Of a stretch of DNA of 64,000 nucleotides, positions 52,624 to 63,022 are shown piece by piece. The notes beneath the pieces were generated by a model that was given only the letters and a program-made list of their open reading frames with translations, had not been told where the DNA came from and did no database searches. The position numbers and the translations under genes were made by a program. Location: the NCBI GenBank assembly GCA_050015075.1, contig JBEKCB010000024.1, positions 21,660 through 85,659 of the forward strand. Direction: 5' to 3'. The stretch comes from Candidatus Brocadiia bacterium. Its GTDB lineage: Bacteria > Planctomycetota > Brocadiia > CAIUPP01. The number at the start of each line of letters is the position of its first letter. The first letter of the stretch is position 1.

Positions 52624-52653
52624 CTTATAACCCATCCGCGCGCTCCATGTCAA
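52624..52653 (-). promoter_or_regulatory. sigma70 promoter driving the riboswitch-cbpAB transcript
   Basis: Minus strand TTGACA followed 18 nt later by TATAAG, directly upstream of the riboswitch. Confidence 0.55.
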
Positions 52654-52683
52654 GCGGCGGCGGATAACGAGTATTCATCCCTC

Positions 52684-53100
52684 CTATCGGCTCATGTCCT
52701 GAAAGAACTCGACGGACTCGCCGCCGGGGCTGCGGACGAAGGCGACGCGTATGGAGGCCGGGCCGGTTCGGGTGGCGAGTTCCACGGTCCTCGGCTCGCG
52801 GGTCACCATCGCGCCGGCCGCCTGCGCGCGCTTGAGCGCGGCGTCGCAATCGCCGGTGCGCAGCGCGAAGTGCATGATGTTCCCCTCCACCGGCGCGGAT
52901 TTTCCGCCGGCGAAGATTTCGACGCAATTGTCGTTGCCCGCGTCGAGCAGAATGGCGCGCCCGTCGCCCTCGCCCCAGGCGAGCCGTTCCTTCAGGCCCA
53001 GGCCCTCCTTGTAGAAGCGCACTGTTTCGTCAAAATCCTTCACCCGGATCGCGACGTGATGAAACCCGTTTACGCCGCCTTTTTCTTTTCGCGCCGGCAT
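52684..53100 (-). CDS. VOC/glyoxalase family protein
   Basis: FHHVAI.V.DFD....FY...LG, EIF, HFAL, AF...P.GE.VEF. Confidence 0.9.
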   Translation of the reverse strand: MPARKEKGGVNGFHHVAIRVKDFDETVRFYKEGLGLKERLAWGEGDGRAILLDAGNDNCVEIFAGGKSAPVEGNIMHFALRTGDCDAALKRAQAAGAMVTREPRTVELATRTGPASIRVAFVRSPGGESVEFFQDMSR

Positions 53101-53242
53101 CGCTGGATCGCCTTTCGTGGTTGAAATCGCGGAATCGGCCGAACCGACATGGCCGTCATTCTAGCAGCAACCGGAGCGCTGTCAAGCAACCGCGAGAATG
53201 GAAAAGGATGAAGGAGGAGGAATGAAGGCGGGCTGTGGGCGG

Positions 53243-54358
53243 CTACTTCAGCAGCCGTTCGCAGAGCGCCAGCGTCTGAGCGGCCTGGGCGCTGGTGGTG
53301 AACCGGGCGGCCTGGCTCAGGCCGCGGCGGCGCAGCGTCTCCGCCAGCGGCGCGTCCGACAGGACCCGCTCCATCGCCGCCGCGAGCGCCGGCGAATCCA
53401 GCGGGTCCACCAGCAGCGCGGCGTCGCCGCAGACCTCCGGCAGCGCGGCGACATTCGACGCGACGACCGGCACGCCCAAGCCCATCGCCTCCAGCGGCGG
53501 GTAGCCGAACCCCTCGAACAGGCTGGGCATCACCAGGAGCGACGCGCCGCGATACAGCGCGCGCAGTTCGTCATCGCCGATCTGCCCGGTGAACCGCGCG
53601 GCGCCGTCCAGGCCGAAACGCCGGGCCGCGTCTTCGGCCTCCGGATAGCGCGGATCGCGCGGCCCGGCGACGATCAGCCGCAGGGCCGGACGCGTTTGCC
53701 GCACGCGGGCGAACGCCTCCACGAGCCGGCAGAGGTTCTTGTACGGATCGCATCGCCCGACGTAGAGGACGTACGGGCCGCCCGCGGCTTCGACCGGCGA
53801 GCGGTCGGTGCGGTCGTTTCCCACGTGGACGCCGCCATAGATCACGTGGACTTTCTCCGCCGGCACGCCGAGGTGCTCGATAATGTCCTCGGCGGAGCTG
53901 CGGCTGACCGTGATAACCGCGTCGGCGCGCCGGCACTGCATGCGCAGCCAGGCTTTCCACAGGACCGCCAGGCGGGCTTTCCAGCTCCGGCGCAGGTGGT
54001 GCCTGCAGAGCAGCGGAATGAGGTCGTAAATGGTAATCACCCGCCGGAATGCGCCGGTCATCGGCGTCCAGGCGTCGAGCGAGCAGAAGAGCCCCACGCC
54101 TTCGGACTCCAACCGCCGCGCCAGGCCCCACTGATCCCGGGGTCCCGGGCGGCCCGAGACGCGGAGCAGCCGGAAAGCGGAGTTCGACCGCACTTCGGCC
54201 GGCAAAACCGCAGGATCGGACGTCAACAAAATCAGCGGCGACGCCGTTTGCGCGCTCTGCAGCCCGTGCAGCAGGTTCAGCGTGTGGCGCGCCATGCCGC
54301 TCATACGTCCGTTGACGTATCGCGCGTCAATGGCAATCAGCGAATTCGCGCCGTTCAT
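53243..54358 (-). CDS. Glycosyltransferase family 4
   Basis: IAIDAR, TIYDLIP, TVS, YVG...PYKN, PSLFEGFGYPPLEAM. Confidence 0.93.
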   Translation of the reverse strand: MNGANSLIAIDARYVNGRMSGMARHTLNLLHGLQSAQTASPLILLTSDPAVLPAEVRSNSAFRLLRVSGRPGPRDQWGLARRLESEGVGLFCSLDAWTPMTGAFRRVITIYDLIPLLCRHHLRRSWKARLAVLWKAWLRMQCRRADAVITVSRSSAEDIIEHLGVPAEKVHVIYGGVHVGNDRTDRSPVEAAGGPYVLYVGRCDPYKNLCRLVEAFARVRQTRPALRLIVAGPRDPRYPEAEDAARRFGLDGAARFTGQIGDDELRALYRGASLLVMPSLFEGFGYPPLEAMGLGVPVVASNVAALPEVCGDAALLVDPLDSPALAAAMERVLSDAPLAETLRRRGLSQAARFTTSAQAAQTLALCERLLK

Positions 54359-54385
54359 GATCCGCCCTTTGCCGGCGCCGCGCTT

Positions 54386-54657
54386 CCCGCCGGCGGTTTC
54401 TCGACGATCATCAGAAATCAAGTGATGACGAACTCCGCGAACGCCGGCTAGCATGCCATCCGCGCGCGCAGCCTGTCACGCATCGCGCGGCCGGCCGCAC
54501 CGCAGGCCCCAGTGTAGCATAAAACGCGTGATCCTTCGCCTGCTCGGCGAAGGCCCGACGTGAGCGCGCTGCGGCGGCCTTCAAGCTGCGCGGCGCGCTC
54601 GCGCAGAGGACGCCCGCCGACGTTGACCATGGCGACCGCGCGTCTTTCCATCGGCAT
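54386..54657 (-). pseudogene. Collapsed remnant of a paralog of the 60075-61739 glycosyltransferase-methyltransferase gene
   Basis: 54562-54657 matches that gene's 5' end (MERRAV..VNVGG / VLC...RS..AAA, frameshifted); 54386-54449 matches its 3' end (TTCTCGACGATCATCAGAAA identical). Confidence 0.75.
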
Positions 54658-54664
54658 AGCATCT

Positions 54665-55609
54665 TCAAACGTACTGCGTGAGGCGCGGAGGACGCTCTCG
54701 ATAAGCCGCATAGAGCTTCCGCCACGCCGGACTGATCCGCTCTTCGCAAAGCGGACGCTTGAGGTTCCAGGGGACGAAATGTCCTTCCATGAAGCGACCG
54801 CACAGCGGGCAGAACCGCTCGAAGTGATCTTCCATCTCGTCCGCGTCTTCCGGCAGATGTTTCCGTCCGATGTCGCACCCTGCCACGCGGTCAATGCCGC
54901 CGGCCATCGGGCAGCCGTAATACCCGAACGGCGTCAGTCCGATGCCGACGACGCTCGGACGCTTGCAAGCGTTGCGATAAGAGGTGAACCGGAACCAGGG
55001 TGAATCGGCCGGCGCCATATTGAAAGCGCCGAACTGCGGCTGAACCGGCGATTCCTTCAGTGAGTCTGGGTCCACGATGATTTCCCGGGGCAGTGACCGG
55101 ATGACTTCCCGGGCCTGCGTTCCGAAACCATTGCTTACGAGCACGACCGACGTTCCATGCGGGCGCGCACAACCCTCCAGGAGAATTCGGAGAATGGCCG
55201 CCAACTCCGGATGCAGAGTCGGTTCGCCTCCCATCACTTTGATCGTGCGCCAGACTTTCCCGCGCCGGCGCGACTCCTCCACGAAGCGTTCAATCTGGCT
55301 GAGCTCCATGCGCTCGGAACTCGGCGCCTGCCGGCAACTGCGGTTGCAGTTGAGGCACTTCAGATTGCATTCATACGTGATGTCAATTTCGATAATATCC
55401 CGGCATGCCCGGTACTGCGGCCCGAGCAATGCGGTCGCGGCCCGCGTGATGCGCAAATGGCGGCAGAGCCGCTTGACGCCATACACCGCATGGCCGACGG
55501 GCGTCAGCCATCCTTCATAGCGGCATTTGTCCTTGGGAAAAGCCATTCGCGGCTCCGAGAAGACCGGCCCTGGACTCTCCGCTCGATTTACCCCTGGATT
55601 TGCCGGCAT
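54665..55609 (-). CDS. Radical SAM protein
   Basis: IDITYECNLKCLNC, MGGEPTLHP, SNG, C-terminal Cys cluster. Confidence 0.88.
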   Translation of the reverse strand: MPANPGVNRAESPGPVFSEPRMAFPKDKCRYEGWLTPVGHAVYGVKRLCRHLRITRAATALLGPQYRACRDIIEIDITYECNLKCLNCNRSCRQAPSSERMELSQIERFVEESRRRGKVWRTIKVMGGEPTLHPELAAILRILLEGCARPHGTSVVLVSNGFGTQAREVIRSLPREIIVDPDSLKESPVQPQFGAFNMAPADSPWFRFTSYRNACKRPSVVGIGLTPFGYYGCPMAGGIDRVAGCDIGRKHLPEDADEMEDHFERFCPLCGRFMEGHFVPWNLKRPLCEERISPAWRKLYAAYRERPPRLTQYV

Positions 55610-55637
55610 GTGCTATCCCATGCTCGCCCGGAGCCTG

Positions 55638-56627
55638 TCACTGAGCGGACGATCCGCCGCACCGCGCGACCCACCGTGAAATCAAGCGCCGGATCGCTCG
55701 CGCGCGCGGCGCCGGCCGGACGCGGGCGCTCGACTCTTTCGCGAACCGTGCCGAGGTGTACTTCTCGCAGAAGTAGTGGCAGTACGACGAATCGCACGGA
55801 CTGGGGCGGTCCCTCAGTTTGACGTCCTTGCGGAGCAGGTTGCCCAGCGGCTGTCCGGTGCCGCAACGGAAAACGTTCCCCTCCGGCGTGACCGCCACGA
55901 AATTGTAGCCCGACCCGCAGAGCCTGCCGTGGTAGCAGTCAAGCCCCTCGAGGAACCGGCCGTCCGAGAACATGTCCTGGCTCGGCGGCTCGCCCATCGC
56001 CGCGAGGGTCTGCGCGTAATTCGACCGCGCCGCCGCGAGATAGTCCCGCAGGAGCGCCCTGTGTTCCGGAGTGTAGGCGCCCGGATAACGTTGGCCTTCG
56101 AAGGCGCCGCGCATCATCTTTGGAACCAGAAACAGGCCGTCGCGTTCAAAGCGCGCCGAGATGTCGGAAAAGTTGTCCACCATACGCGGGGTCATCACGA
56201 GCGACAGGAGCGTGTTGAACCGCGCCGCCTCCAGCATTTGCGCACGCGCGATGAACGCGCCGAGGGCGCCGACCGCCTGTCGCTCCTCATAATGGACGGA
56301 GGCGTTGATGAAGTGAACGCGCCCGGGATCAATCCGCTCGGCGAAATCCTCCGCCGAGCGGCAGGAGAGATTCGTATTGATGGAGAGGTAATGGCAGCGC
56401 GCCAGCCGTTCGCACAGCGGCACAAGGCCCGGATAGGTGAACGGCTCGCCGCCCGTGATGTGAAGCAGCCACACCTTGCCCGTCGAGTCGAACGCATCGC
56501 CCCATTGCTCCGCCGTGCCGTAGACGCGCGTGCCGGCGCCGCGGAGGCTGTCAGGAATGCCGCAATACGCGCAACGGAAATTGCACGTGGTGGCCGGACT
56601 GAAGTCAGCTTCCACGTCGTAGTTCAT
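55638..56627 (-). CDS. Radical SAM protein with SPASM/twitch domain
   Basis: CNFRCAYC, TGGEP, NTNLS, CGSG...G.V.RC...LGN...PC...YC. Confidence 0.88.
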   Translation of the reverse strand: MNYDVEADFSPATTCNFRCAYCGIPDSLRGAGTRVYGTAEQWGDAFDSTGKVWLLHITGGEPFTYPGLVPLCERLARCHYLSINTNLSCRSAEDFAERIDPGRVHFINASVHYEERQAVGALGAFIARAQMLEAARFNTLLSLVMTPRMVDNFSDISARFERDGLFLVPKMMRGAFEGQRYPGAYTPEHRALLRDYLAAARSNYAQTLAAMGEPPSQDMFSDGRFLEGLDCYHGRLCGSGYNFVAVTPEGNVFRCGTGQPLGNLLRKDVKLRDRPSPCDSSYCHYFCEKYTSARFAKESSARVRPAPRARAIRRLISRWVARCGGSSAQ

Positions 56628-56868
56628 ACGGATCGAGACTCCCGCCGGCGCTCCCATTTGACCCCTCCTCAAGCACCCGCGCGAACGCCCGCCATTCTAC
56701 TGGACTGTTCTGCCTTTGCCAAGGCCGAGATTAGAGTTTCGTGACACCCGCCCCTCTCGTTCGCGCCTTGCTCGACGTTGCCCATTTTGACCCTTGGACG
56801 CCAAGCAGGACGCCAAGACAGAATCATCCGTTCAACGCGCTGCCTCGTGTTCGCAGCGGGCGTCACCG

Positions 56869-58443
56869 TCACGGCGTCGGCTCGCGAGCCGTTTTCCAGT
56901 CGTAGATGCCCACGAGCAGTGTGTCGAACACCTTGACGGAGTACACCGGCTTCCTTTGAGTGTAGAATTCCCAACAGTGCGGGTAACGGCTCAACTCGCC
57001 CTGGCGGATCAGGAGCACCAGGTAATCCGCCTCTGAGCCATCCACAAACCGGATGGTCGGCGCCAGCCTGCCGATGGATTGGTATTCCGGGAGCGTGTGC
57101 TTCTGTATGGGAACCCACAGCGCGCTGTGGGGATGAGAGTTCAGCCAGGGGAGAATCGCCTGATACGGACTGCCCCAGTATTCGGTCTCAAATCCCCTGG
57201 CGGCGGCGCCGTTCACTCCACCGACGAGTTCGTTGAAATACGACGACTCGTACGGATGATATCTCACGATGGAACAATAGACCGACACGGCGAAAAGGAC
57301 CCCATACAGGAGGATGAAAGCTGTCCCCCATTTGATCCGGGCGGCGAGCAGATACAGTTCGCGCACGCCGAGGGCTGCGACTGCGCAAAGGAATGGGAAC
57401 GCAGGCAGGAAAAGCCTCACGCCGTCATAGGCCCAAGCGGAGGCGAAAGCGACGGCCAGGATCGGAACCAGCGCGTTCAGGAGCAGGAAAACCGCTGCAG
57501 CGCGATGAGTCGTGCGATGCAGCCGCAAGAGTCCTGCGAAGAAGGGCAACAACACGATCAGCGGCACCGTGACGGCCGTCAGGACGAACGCGTAATGCCA
57601 GGGCGCGCGAAGCCAGGTTTGGCCCAGGTAATAGACCGGAATCTGGTGATGCGTCAAGATCCACACGAAATAATCCCCGGTCCGGCCGGCGGGATGCGGC
57701 CAGAGCCACGGCCACCCGGCCACAAACACCGCCGGCGGAATTACCAGCAGAAAAACGAGGTCGCGCACGGCGTGCGGGCGGTCCCTGAGGCACCCGCGGA
57801 AACGCTGCCGTAGCAGCCGCCATAGGTCGGATCGGAACCAGACCACGAACCATGCGAGCAAAAACGCCCAAAGGAATATCGCATTGACCTTGGTGAGCAG
57901 CGAGAGCCCCACCAAAGCCGATGCGGCGAGCATCCATCGAGAATTCTCCAGCCCCCTCCAGAACGCGTAAGCCGTCACGACCCACATCGCTGTAATGGGG
58001 AAGTCCAGCACGCCAAGATGGGCGTGAAAGAACGCCCTTGGGAGAAGGAAGAACGCCAGGACCGCGACCAGCCCGGTCGCCCAGCCCCAGTACTTGCTCA
58101 CCCAGGCGAACAGCACGAAGTTCAGCGCGAACCCGTAGAGAAGGACCTGAAGGCGAAACGCCTTGTAGGGCTGCATAATCCCGAGGCGGTCGCTCAAAAA
58201 TCTCTGGATGAACCCGCCCGCCAGCGTCCCCAGCGGCGGGTGGCCTTCGTTCGTGCGCCAGCAGGGGTCAATGCGTGACCAGGTGGGCTTGCTGAACCAC
58301 GAGACGTGCTGCCGAGCCGCCTGACTGTCTTCCGGCTCGTCCCACGTGATCCCGTAGTCATCCAGCGTTGCGAATACGATCCCGCAAAGCGCCAAGCAGA
58401 GGACCAGCGGCAGATACGATCTTAGCCGAGCGACCACGAGCAC
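56869..58443 (-). CDS. ArnT/PMT-like GT-C glycosyltransferase
   Basis: YGITWDEP, HPP, D.P, LTK, multi-TM, YDG.R.FLP, EYWG. Confidence 0.82.
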   Translation of the reverse strand: MLVVARLRSYLPLVLCLALCGIVFATLDDYGITWDEPEDSQAARQHVSWFSKPTWSRIDPCWRTNEGHPPLGTLAGGFIQRFLSDRLGIMQPYKAFRLQVLLYGFALNFVLFAWVSKYWGWATGLVAVLAFFLLPRAFFHAHLGVLDFPITAMWVVTAYAFWRGLENSRWMLAASALVGLSLLTKVNAIFLWAFLLAWFVVWFRSDLWRLLRQRFRGCLRDRPHAVRDLVFLLVIPPAVFVAGWPWLWPHPAGRTGDYFVWILTHHQIPVYYLGQTWLRAPWHYAFVLTAVTVPLIVLLPFFAGLLRLHRTTHRAAAVFLLLNALVPILAVAFASAWAYDGVRLFLPAFPFLCAVAALGVRELYLLAARIKWGTAFILLYGVLFAVSVYCSIVRYHPYESSYFNELVGGVNGAAARGFETEYWGSPYQAILPWLNSHPHSALWVPIQKHTLPEYQSIGRLAPTIRFVDGSEADYLVLLIRQGELSRYPHCWEFYTQRKPVYSVKVFDTLLVGIYDWKTAREPTP

Positions 58444-58464
58444 CTCTTCAGTCCCATTTCCGCG

Positions 58465-60078
58465 CTACTCTTTAACAGGATTCCCGGGAGTGCCGGAGGA
58501 GAGGTCGTAGAGATAGGCCGAGGCGCCTTTCTCTTCGAGAGACTGTATCTTTCTCCCCACCGAGTCCAGGTATTCCGTGATAAGCTGTTTCTCATCATTG
58601 CCGGTCAATGGCCATACATGCGAGAATATGAACCAGACGCGATCCTTCCCGCGGAATTGCTCTATTTCCTGCAGATACTTGACAAACGATTCTCTGTGGC
58701 GTCCGCCTCTCACATAGTCCTGAGCTGCATTTTGCTCCGGCGGCGACAGCCATTCATTCAGAATGCCGCCGTTGTAATATTCCCAAGCCGGCAAGGCGCC
58801 GTAATAGACGTAAATGGCATCGGTTGTCTTCCTGGCTGTATGCACGCGCTGAACCAGGCTCCTCATATCCTCCTGTACGGGAATATCCGCCTCTCTCAAA
58901 GCATCCAGAGCGGGGTAGCCCAGCAGCAGCAGAACGAAAGCGGCCCCAACCACAGCGGTTGCCTGGCTCCTCATAGTTTGCCAGATCAGAACGCTGCCTT
59001 CGGCGATCATGATAAAGACCGCCGGGCATGCAAACAGAAGCAGTCGCCCTTCGAAGGGATACTTATGAATCGCCGCCGCCAGAAATGCGCAGGCGAGGGG
59101 CGCAAGAAGAACCGCAGCCTCCCATGTCCGCCCCGAGCGCCGCATGCTGACCATGCCCGCGAGAAAGGCAAACAGAGCCAATCCGGGCAGAAAGACGAAG
59201 CCGGCGGGGTGTTGCATCAACTCGATCGGCTTGTGCAGATACCAATGGAAGTTTTCACGCGTAACACCGGAGAGCGGCGGGAAGGCGCTGCTCCAGAACG
59301 AGAGCAAGTAGCTTTCGCCGCTCACAGAGCGGGCTGTGATGTGGTAGCAAAGGCCCCAGCTCGCCAGCCAAAGGCAACCGATAACAGCCCAGGCCATTGC
59401 CTGTTTCCGTTCTCCGCGGAAGATCGAACGTCCAATGAGAAGCGCTCCCGCTCCCGCAAGGACGAACACTGCCGGGTGCGAAAACCATACCGCAATCATT
59501 CCTGCCGAAGCAGCCAGGAAGTACCTCAACTTGGGCCACGTATATCCTCCGGTTCCGAGCATGATCATCCAGAGCAGGCAACTTACGGCTACATCGGATG
59601 AATACTGCTTCAGATAAACCGAGTAGTAGACAGGCCAATGCGAGATGGCCAGGAGCAACATCGCCAGAAAGGCGCCCAAGGGCGTACAGCACCGTCGGGA
59701 TAACGGCAGGAACAAGGCAAGCGCCGCCAAGCCGGAGATCAACGGGACGAGGCGTAACACGTGGTCGCCCAACCCAAACGCCTTAACAGTCAATCGCGTC
59801 AGCCAGAGGAATCCGGCCGGCGTGGGGACCGCTTTGGGCTGCTTTGCGGTCACGGCGGCCGCGACCCACAACTCGTCAATTTCCAGGGAAGGATTGTGAC
59901 CGAAACGCGCAAACCGAAGGCCAGCCCCGATAAGAAGGGCCGCCAAGATCAAGCAGATGAACTTCCTGTCTGGAGATGTTCCACCAAGCGCAGTTCTCTT
60001 CGCTGCATCAGCCATCATGAACCCCGTCTGCCCAGTCCGTGATTCCGCCGGCGCGCCCTCATTGAGCGTAACCATCAA
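58465..60078 (-). CDS. ArnT/PMT-like GT-C glycosyltransferase
   Basis: SL..DE, P.GF, LRL.P, KQYS.D, YPF.GRL; multi-TM. Confidence 0.8.
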   Translation of the reverse strand: MMVTLNEGAPAESRTGQTGFMMADAAKRTALGGTSPDRKFICLILAALLIGAGLRFARFGHNPSLEIDELWVAAAVTAKQPKAVPTPAGFLWLTRLTVKAFGLGDHVLRLVPLISGLAALALFLPLSRRCCTPLGAFLAMLLLAISHWPVYYSVYLKQYSSDVAVSCLLWMIMLGTGGYTWPKLRYFLAASAGMIAVWFSHPAVFVLAGAGALLIGRSIFRGERKQAMAWAVIGCLWLASWGLCYHITARSVSGESYLLSFWSSAFPPLSGVTRENFHWYLHKPIELMQHPAGFVFLPGLALFAFLAGMVSMRRSGRTWEAAVLLAPLACAFLAAAIHKYPFEGRLLLFACPAVFIMIAEGSVLIWQTMRSQATAVVGAAFVLLLLGYPALDALREADIPVQEDMRSLVQRVHTARKTTDAIYVYYGALPAWEYYNGGILNEWLSPPEQNAAQDYVRGGRHRESFVKYLQEIEQFRGKDRVWFIFSHVWPLTGNDEKQLITEYLDSVGRKIQSLEEKGASAYLYDLSSGTPGNPVKE

Positions 60079-61739
60079 CTGGCACAGGGCGGTCGTCCTG
60101 AACCCGCCGCCGGCTTCTCGACGATCATCAGAAACGACGTGGTGACGTATTCCCTGAACGCCAGCTTCAGGTGCGGCGTGCCGTACGGCGGACGATCGGC
60201 ATAGAGGTCCAGCGGGCCGCTGCCGGTGTCGAAGTCCGGCTCCGCCACGCGGCAGCCCGCGTCGCGCACACGCCGCTGTATCTCCTCCACGTCGCGGCGG
60301 CGGAAAAGCACCACCGGACCGCGATCAACGGTTTTCTCATTCGACGAGACGTTGAACTCCGTGGTGTACACGGCCACGCCGCCGGGCCGGAGATGCCGGC
60401 AGGCCTTTTCAACGAATTCAATGCCTTGACGCAGATCGCCGAAGTGCGCCAGGGCGCAGCTCGACCAGAGGAAATCAAACGTGCCGAGATCCTCCGGCAG
60501 CTTCGTCATGTCCACGGCTCGAAAGCCGACGCGCGCGCGGAACTCCGCTGGCGGAAGAATGTGCGGGGCGCCCGGCGCCTCCGGCGAGGCCGCAGGCGCG
60601 TCGGTGGCCAGCACTTCGCAGCCGAGCGAGGCGAACACGGCCGGCAGGTACTCCTGCCCGGCGCCGAAGCCGCATCCGCGCCGGCCGGCGCGCAGCATGT
60701 CGCGCTCCCACAGCGCCTGGCAGATCATCACATATTCCCAGACTTTGCGGTGCCACCGCGGCGCCTCCTTCAGCCGGTTGCACCAGAACAGGAACTCGGG
60801 CGTCATGAATTGCGCCTGCGTGATCGGTCCGGACCGGACGGGCAGAACGCGCAACTGATCGAGGCGAGTGACGGGCTGATCGGCCTGTCGGCAGATCGCC
60901 TCCTGGGCGAGTTTCAGCGCGAGGCGATGCAGCGGCTGACGTTCGGCCGGCGCAACCGCGGGCAGTGGATTTGCACCGGCCCGGCGTATCCGGCGGTAAA
61001 CATTGCGGGCGAGCCGACGCGCCCGCGCCCGCCACGCAGCGCGCCGCTGCGCCTGCCAATCGAGCGTCGGCAGGATAGTCAGCCGGTCGGGTGAGCCGGC
61101 CAGGTGGTAAACGAACCGCTCCATGCCGTTCCAGTGCCCGATGTCCTCCGGCTGCGTGTAGTTCCAGGTTTCGTCCATCAGCAGGATCGGAACGCCGAGA
61201 TCCACGGCCGCGTAGTTCAGGAACGTCTGGTCCTGCCACCGGACCAGCCGGCGCGGTTCGCTGAGCTGCCCGACCAGCCGCCGCGCGCGATCGAGCATCC
61301 CGGCGTGTGTCGCCCGCGTCAGCACCAGCATTCCGGCGTTGAAATATGAGGCGCAGGCGTACCGCGTGCCCAGGCAATGGTTGAACAGCGCCCATTCGAT
61401 TTCCTGCTGGTCGCGGATATCCTCGACGAAGGGCACCCTGTCCGGACCATTCCGGACGGCGCCCAAATGCGTCGGCGGGCAAAGGTCGAAAGGCGTCGGC
61501 GCATCGCTCCGGATCAGGGCGTCGCCGCCGTCAATGTAGAACGCCCGGTCCGCCGCGCAAAGGCGGAACAGCTCCAGCTTGAGAAAACTCGGCCCGGGCA
61601 CCTCCGGCGTGCAGGGGCCGTTCAGCTCCACGTAGTCCGCCTTCCAGCGCTCGGCGGCGGCCTCGAAGCTGCGCCGTGCGTTCGGGCAGAGAACGCCGCC
61701 GACGTTGATCGTGACGACCGCGCGCTTCTCCATCATCAC
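60075..61739 (-). CDS. Fusion of a GT8-like glycosyltransferase and a class I SAM-dependent methyltransferase
   Basis: N-half: YID.GD, YFNAG+LV, DQT.LN, WN, YHLAG. C-half: RKVWEY, GFGAGQE, VDM, FDFLWS.CAL.H, LRPGG...TTEFN. Confidence 0.8.
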   Translation of the reverse strand: MMMEKRAVVTINVGGVLCPNARRSFEAAAERWKADYVELNGPCTPEVPGPSFLKLELFRLCAADRAFYIDGGDALIRSDAPTPFDLCPPTHLGAVRNGPDRVPFVEDIRDQQEIEWALFNHCLGTRYACASYFNAGMLVLTRATHAGMLDRARRLVGQLSEPRRLVRWQDQTFLNYAAVDLGVPILLMDETWNYTQPEDIGHWNGMERFVYHLAGSPDRLTILPTLDWQAQRRAAWRARARRLARNVYRRIRRAGANPLPAVAPAERQPLHRLALKLAQEAICRQADQPVTRLDQLRVLPVRSGPITQAQFMTPEFLFWCNRLKEAPRWHRKVWEYVMICQALWERDMLRAGRRGCGFGAGQEYLPAVFASLGCEVLATDAPAASPEAPGAPHILPPAEFRARVGFRAVDMTKLPEDLGTFDFLWSSCALAHFGDLRQGIEFVEKACRHLRPGGVAVYTTEFNVSSNEKTVDRGPVVLFRRRDVEEIQRRVRDAGCRVAEPDFDTGSGPLDLYADRPPYGTPHLKLAFREYVTTSFLMIVEKPAAGSGRPPCAS

Positions 61740-63022
61740 AGCACCTTTCCGTAGGCGCGGGCCAGCCGCTCGCGGAACCGCTCAGGACTGAAGAAGTCGG
61801 CGCGCTCCAATCCGGCTTGCTTCATCCGCAGACGCAATCCGTCGTCCTTCAGCAGCCCGCGCATTTTCTCGGCGATGTCCTCGACCGACTGCGGGTTCAC
61901 ATAGAGCGCCGCGGGGCCGCAGACTTCCGGCAGCGAGGAAGCGTTCGCGGCGATGACCGGGCACCCCAGCGTCATCGCCTCGAGCGCCGGAAGCCCGAAC
62001 CCTTCGTACAACGATGGAAAGACAAGGAAGCGCGCCTGCCGGTACAGGAGGTGCAGGTCCCCGCGCGGCAGGTAGCCGATGTGCAGAGCTTTCCGCCGCC
62101 GTTCCAACTCCGGCATCAGACGGAGGCTGTCCTTCCACAGCCAGGCCTTGGGCCCGGCCAGCACCAGCGGAATGTCCGCGTCCAAGCGCGACACCGCTTC
62201 GAGCAGCCGCGCGATGTTCTTGCGCGGTTCGATATTCCCGACGCAGAGCATGTAGCCGCCCGGCGTCAATCCCAGCCCGGCCAGCCGCGCTCGCTGGAAC
62301 TCCTCGGGCGACTCCGGCTCCGGCGGCGGCAGCGCCGGGTAAACCACCTCGACGCTTTCGGGTCTCACGCGGAAGACATCCACGATGTCCTTCTTCGTGC
62401 ACTCCGAGTCAGCCACCGTCACGCTGGAGCGCTCCAGCGTCGTGCGCAGGAGATGGTAGGTGAGGCGTTTATCGTCGAGCGTCGCCCAGGGCAGCCGAAG
62501 CGGGATCAAATCGTGCATGGTGGTGATGCTCAGCGCCCCGCGCACGACGATCGGCAGAGGACAGGTTGCATGCCAGAGGGCCGAGTCGCGCGGCTTCATT
62601 CTCGTGAAGTGGGGCACCCGGATCTGCAGCGGCCGCCCGGTGAGCTTGAAGCGCGCGTACGCAGTCCGGAAGCAGCGCCGGAGCCCATAGATCGCCTCCA
62701 CCTCGCGGTACACCGTCTGCGCCGGCTGAAGCAGCGCCCAGCCGGGTTTGCCGACCGGCCGCGCCGTCTGGAACGGCCGGAGGGAGCGCACGAGATCGCC
62801 GATGCGCCCCAGGAGCCGCAGCTTCCCGGGGGGCGCATCCAGCAGCAGCGCCTCCTGCAGTGCCGGCTCATCGCTCACGCCGCAACTGGCCAGCAGGCTC
62901 GGCCGCGCGCCGAGCCGCCTCAACGCCTCCACAACGCTGAGCGAATACGTCTTCAAGCCCGTGCCGTGGGCCAATTCAATGCTGTAAGCGTCCACCAGGA
63001 CGCGCGCGTTGTCCAGTTTCAC
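61736..63022 (-). CDS. Glycosyltransferase family 4
   Basis: GTG+..[33 protein letters not shown]. Confidence 0.92.
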   Translation of the reverse strand: MKLDNARVLVDAYSIELAHGTGLKTYSLSVVEALRRLGARPSLLASCGVSDEPALQEALLLDAPPGKLRLLGRIGDLVRSLRPFQTARPVGKPGWALLQPAQTVYREVEAIYGLRRCFRTAYARFKLTGRPLQIRVPHFTRMKPRDSALWHATCPLPIVVRGALSITTMHDLIPLRLPWATLDDKRLTYHLLRTTLERSSVTVADSECTKKDIVDVFRVRPESVEVVYPALPPPEPESPEEFQRARLAGLGLTPGGYMLCVGNIEPRKNIARLLEAVSRLDADIPLVLAGPKAWLWKDSLRLMPELERRRKALHIGYLPRGDLHLLYRQARFLVFPSLYEGFGLPALEAMTLGCPVIAANASSLPEVCGPAALYVNPQSVEDIAEKMRGLLKDDGLRLRMKQAGLERADFFSPERFRERLARAYGKVL

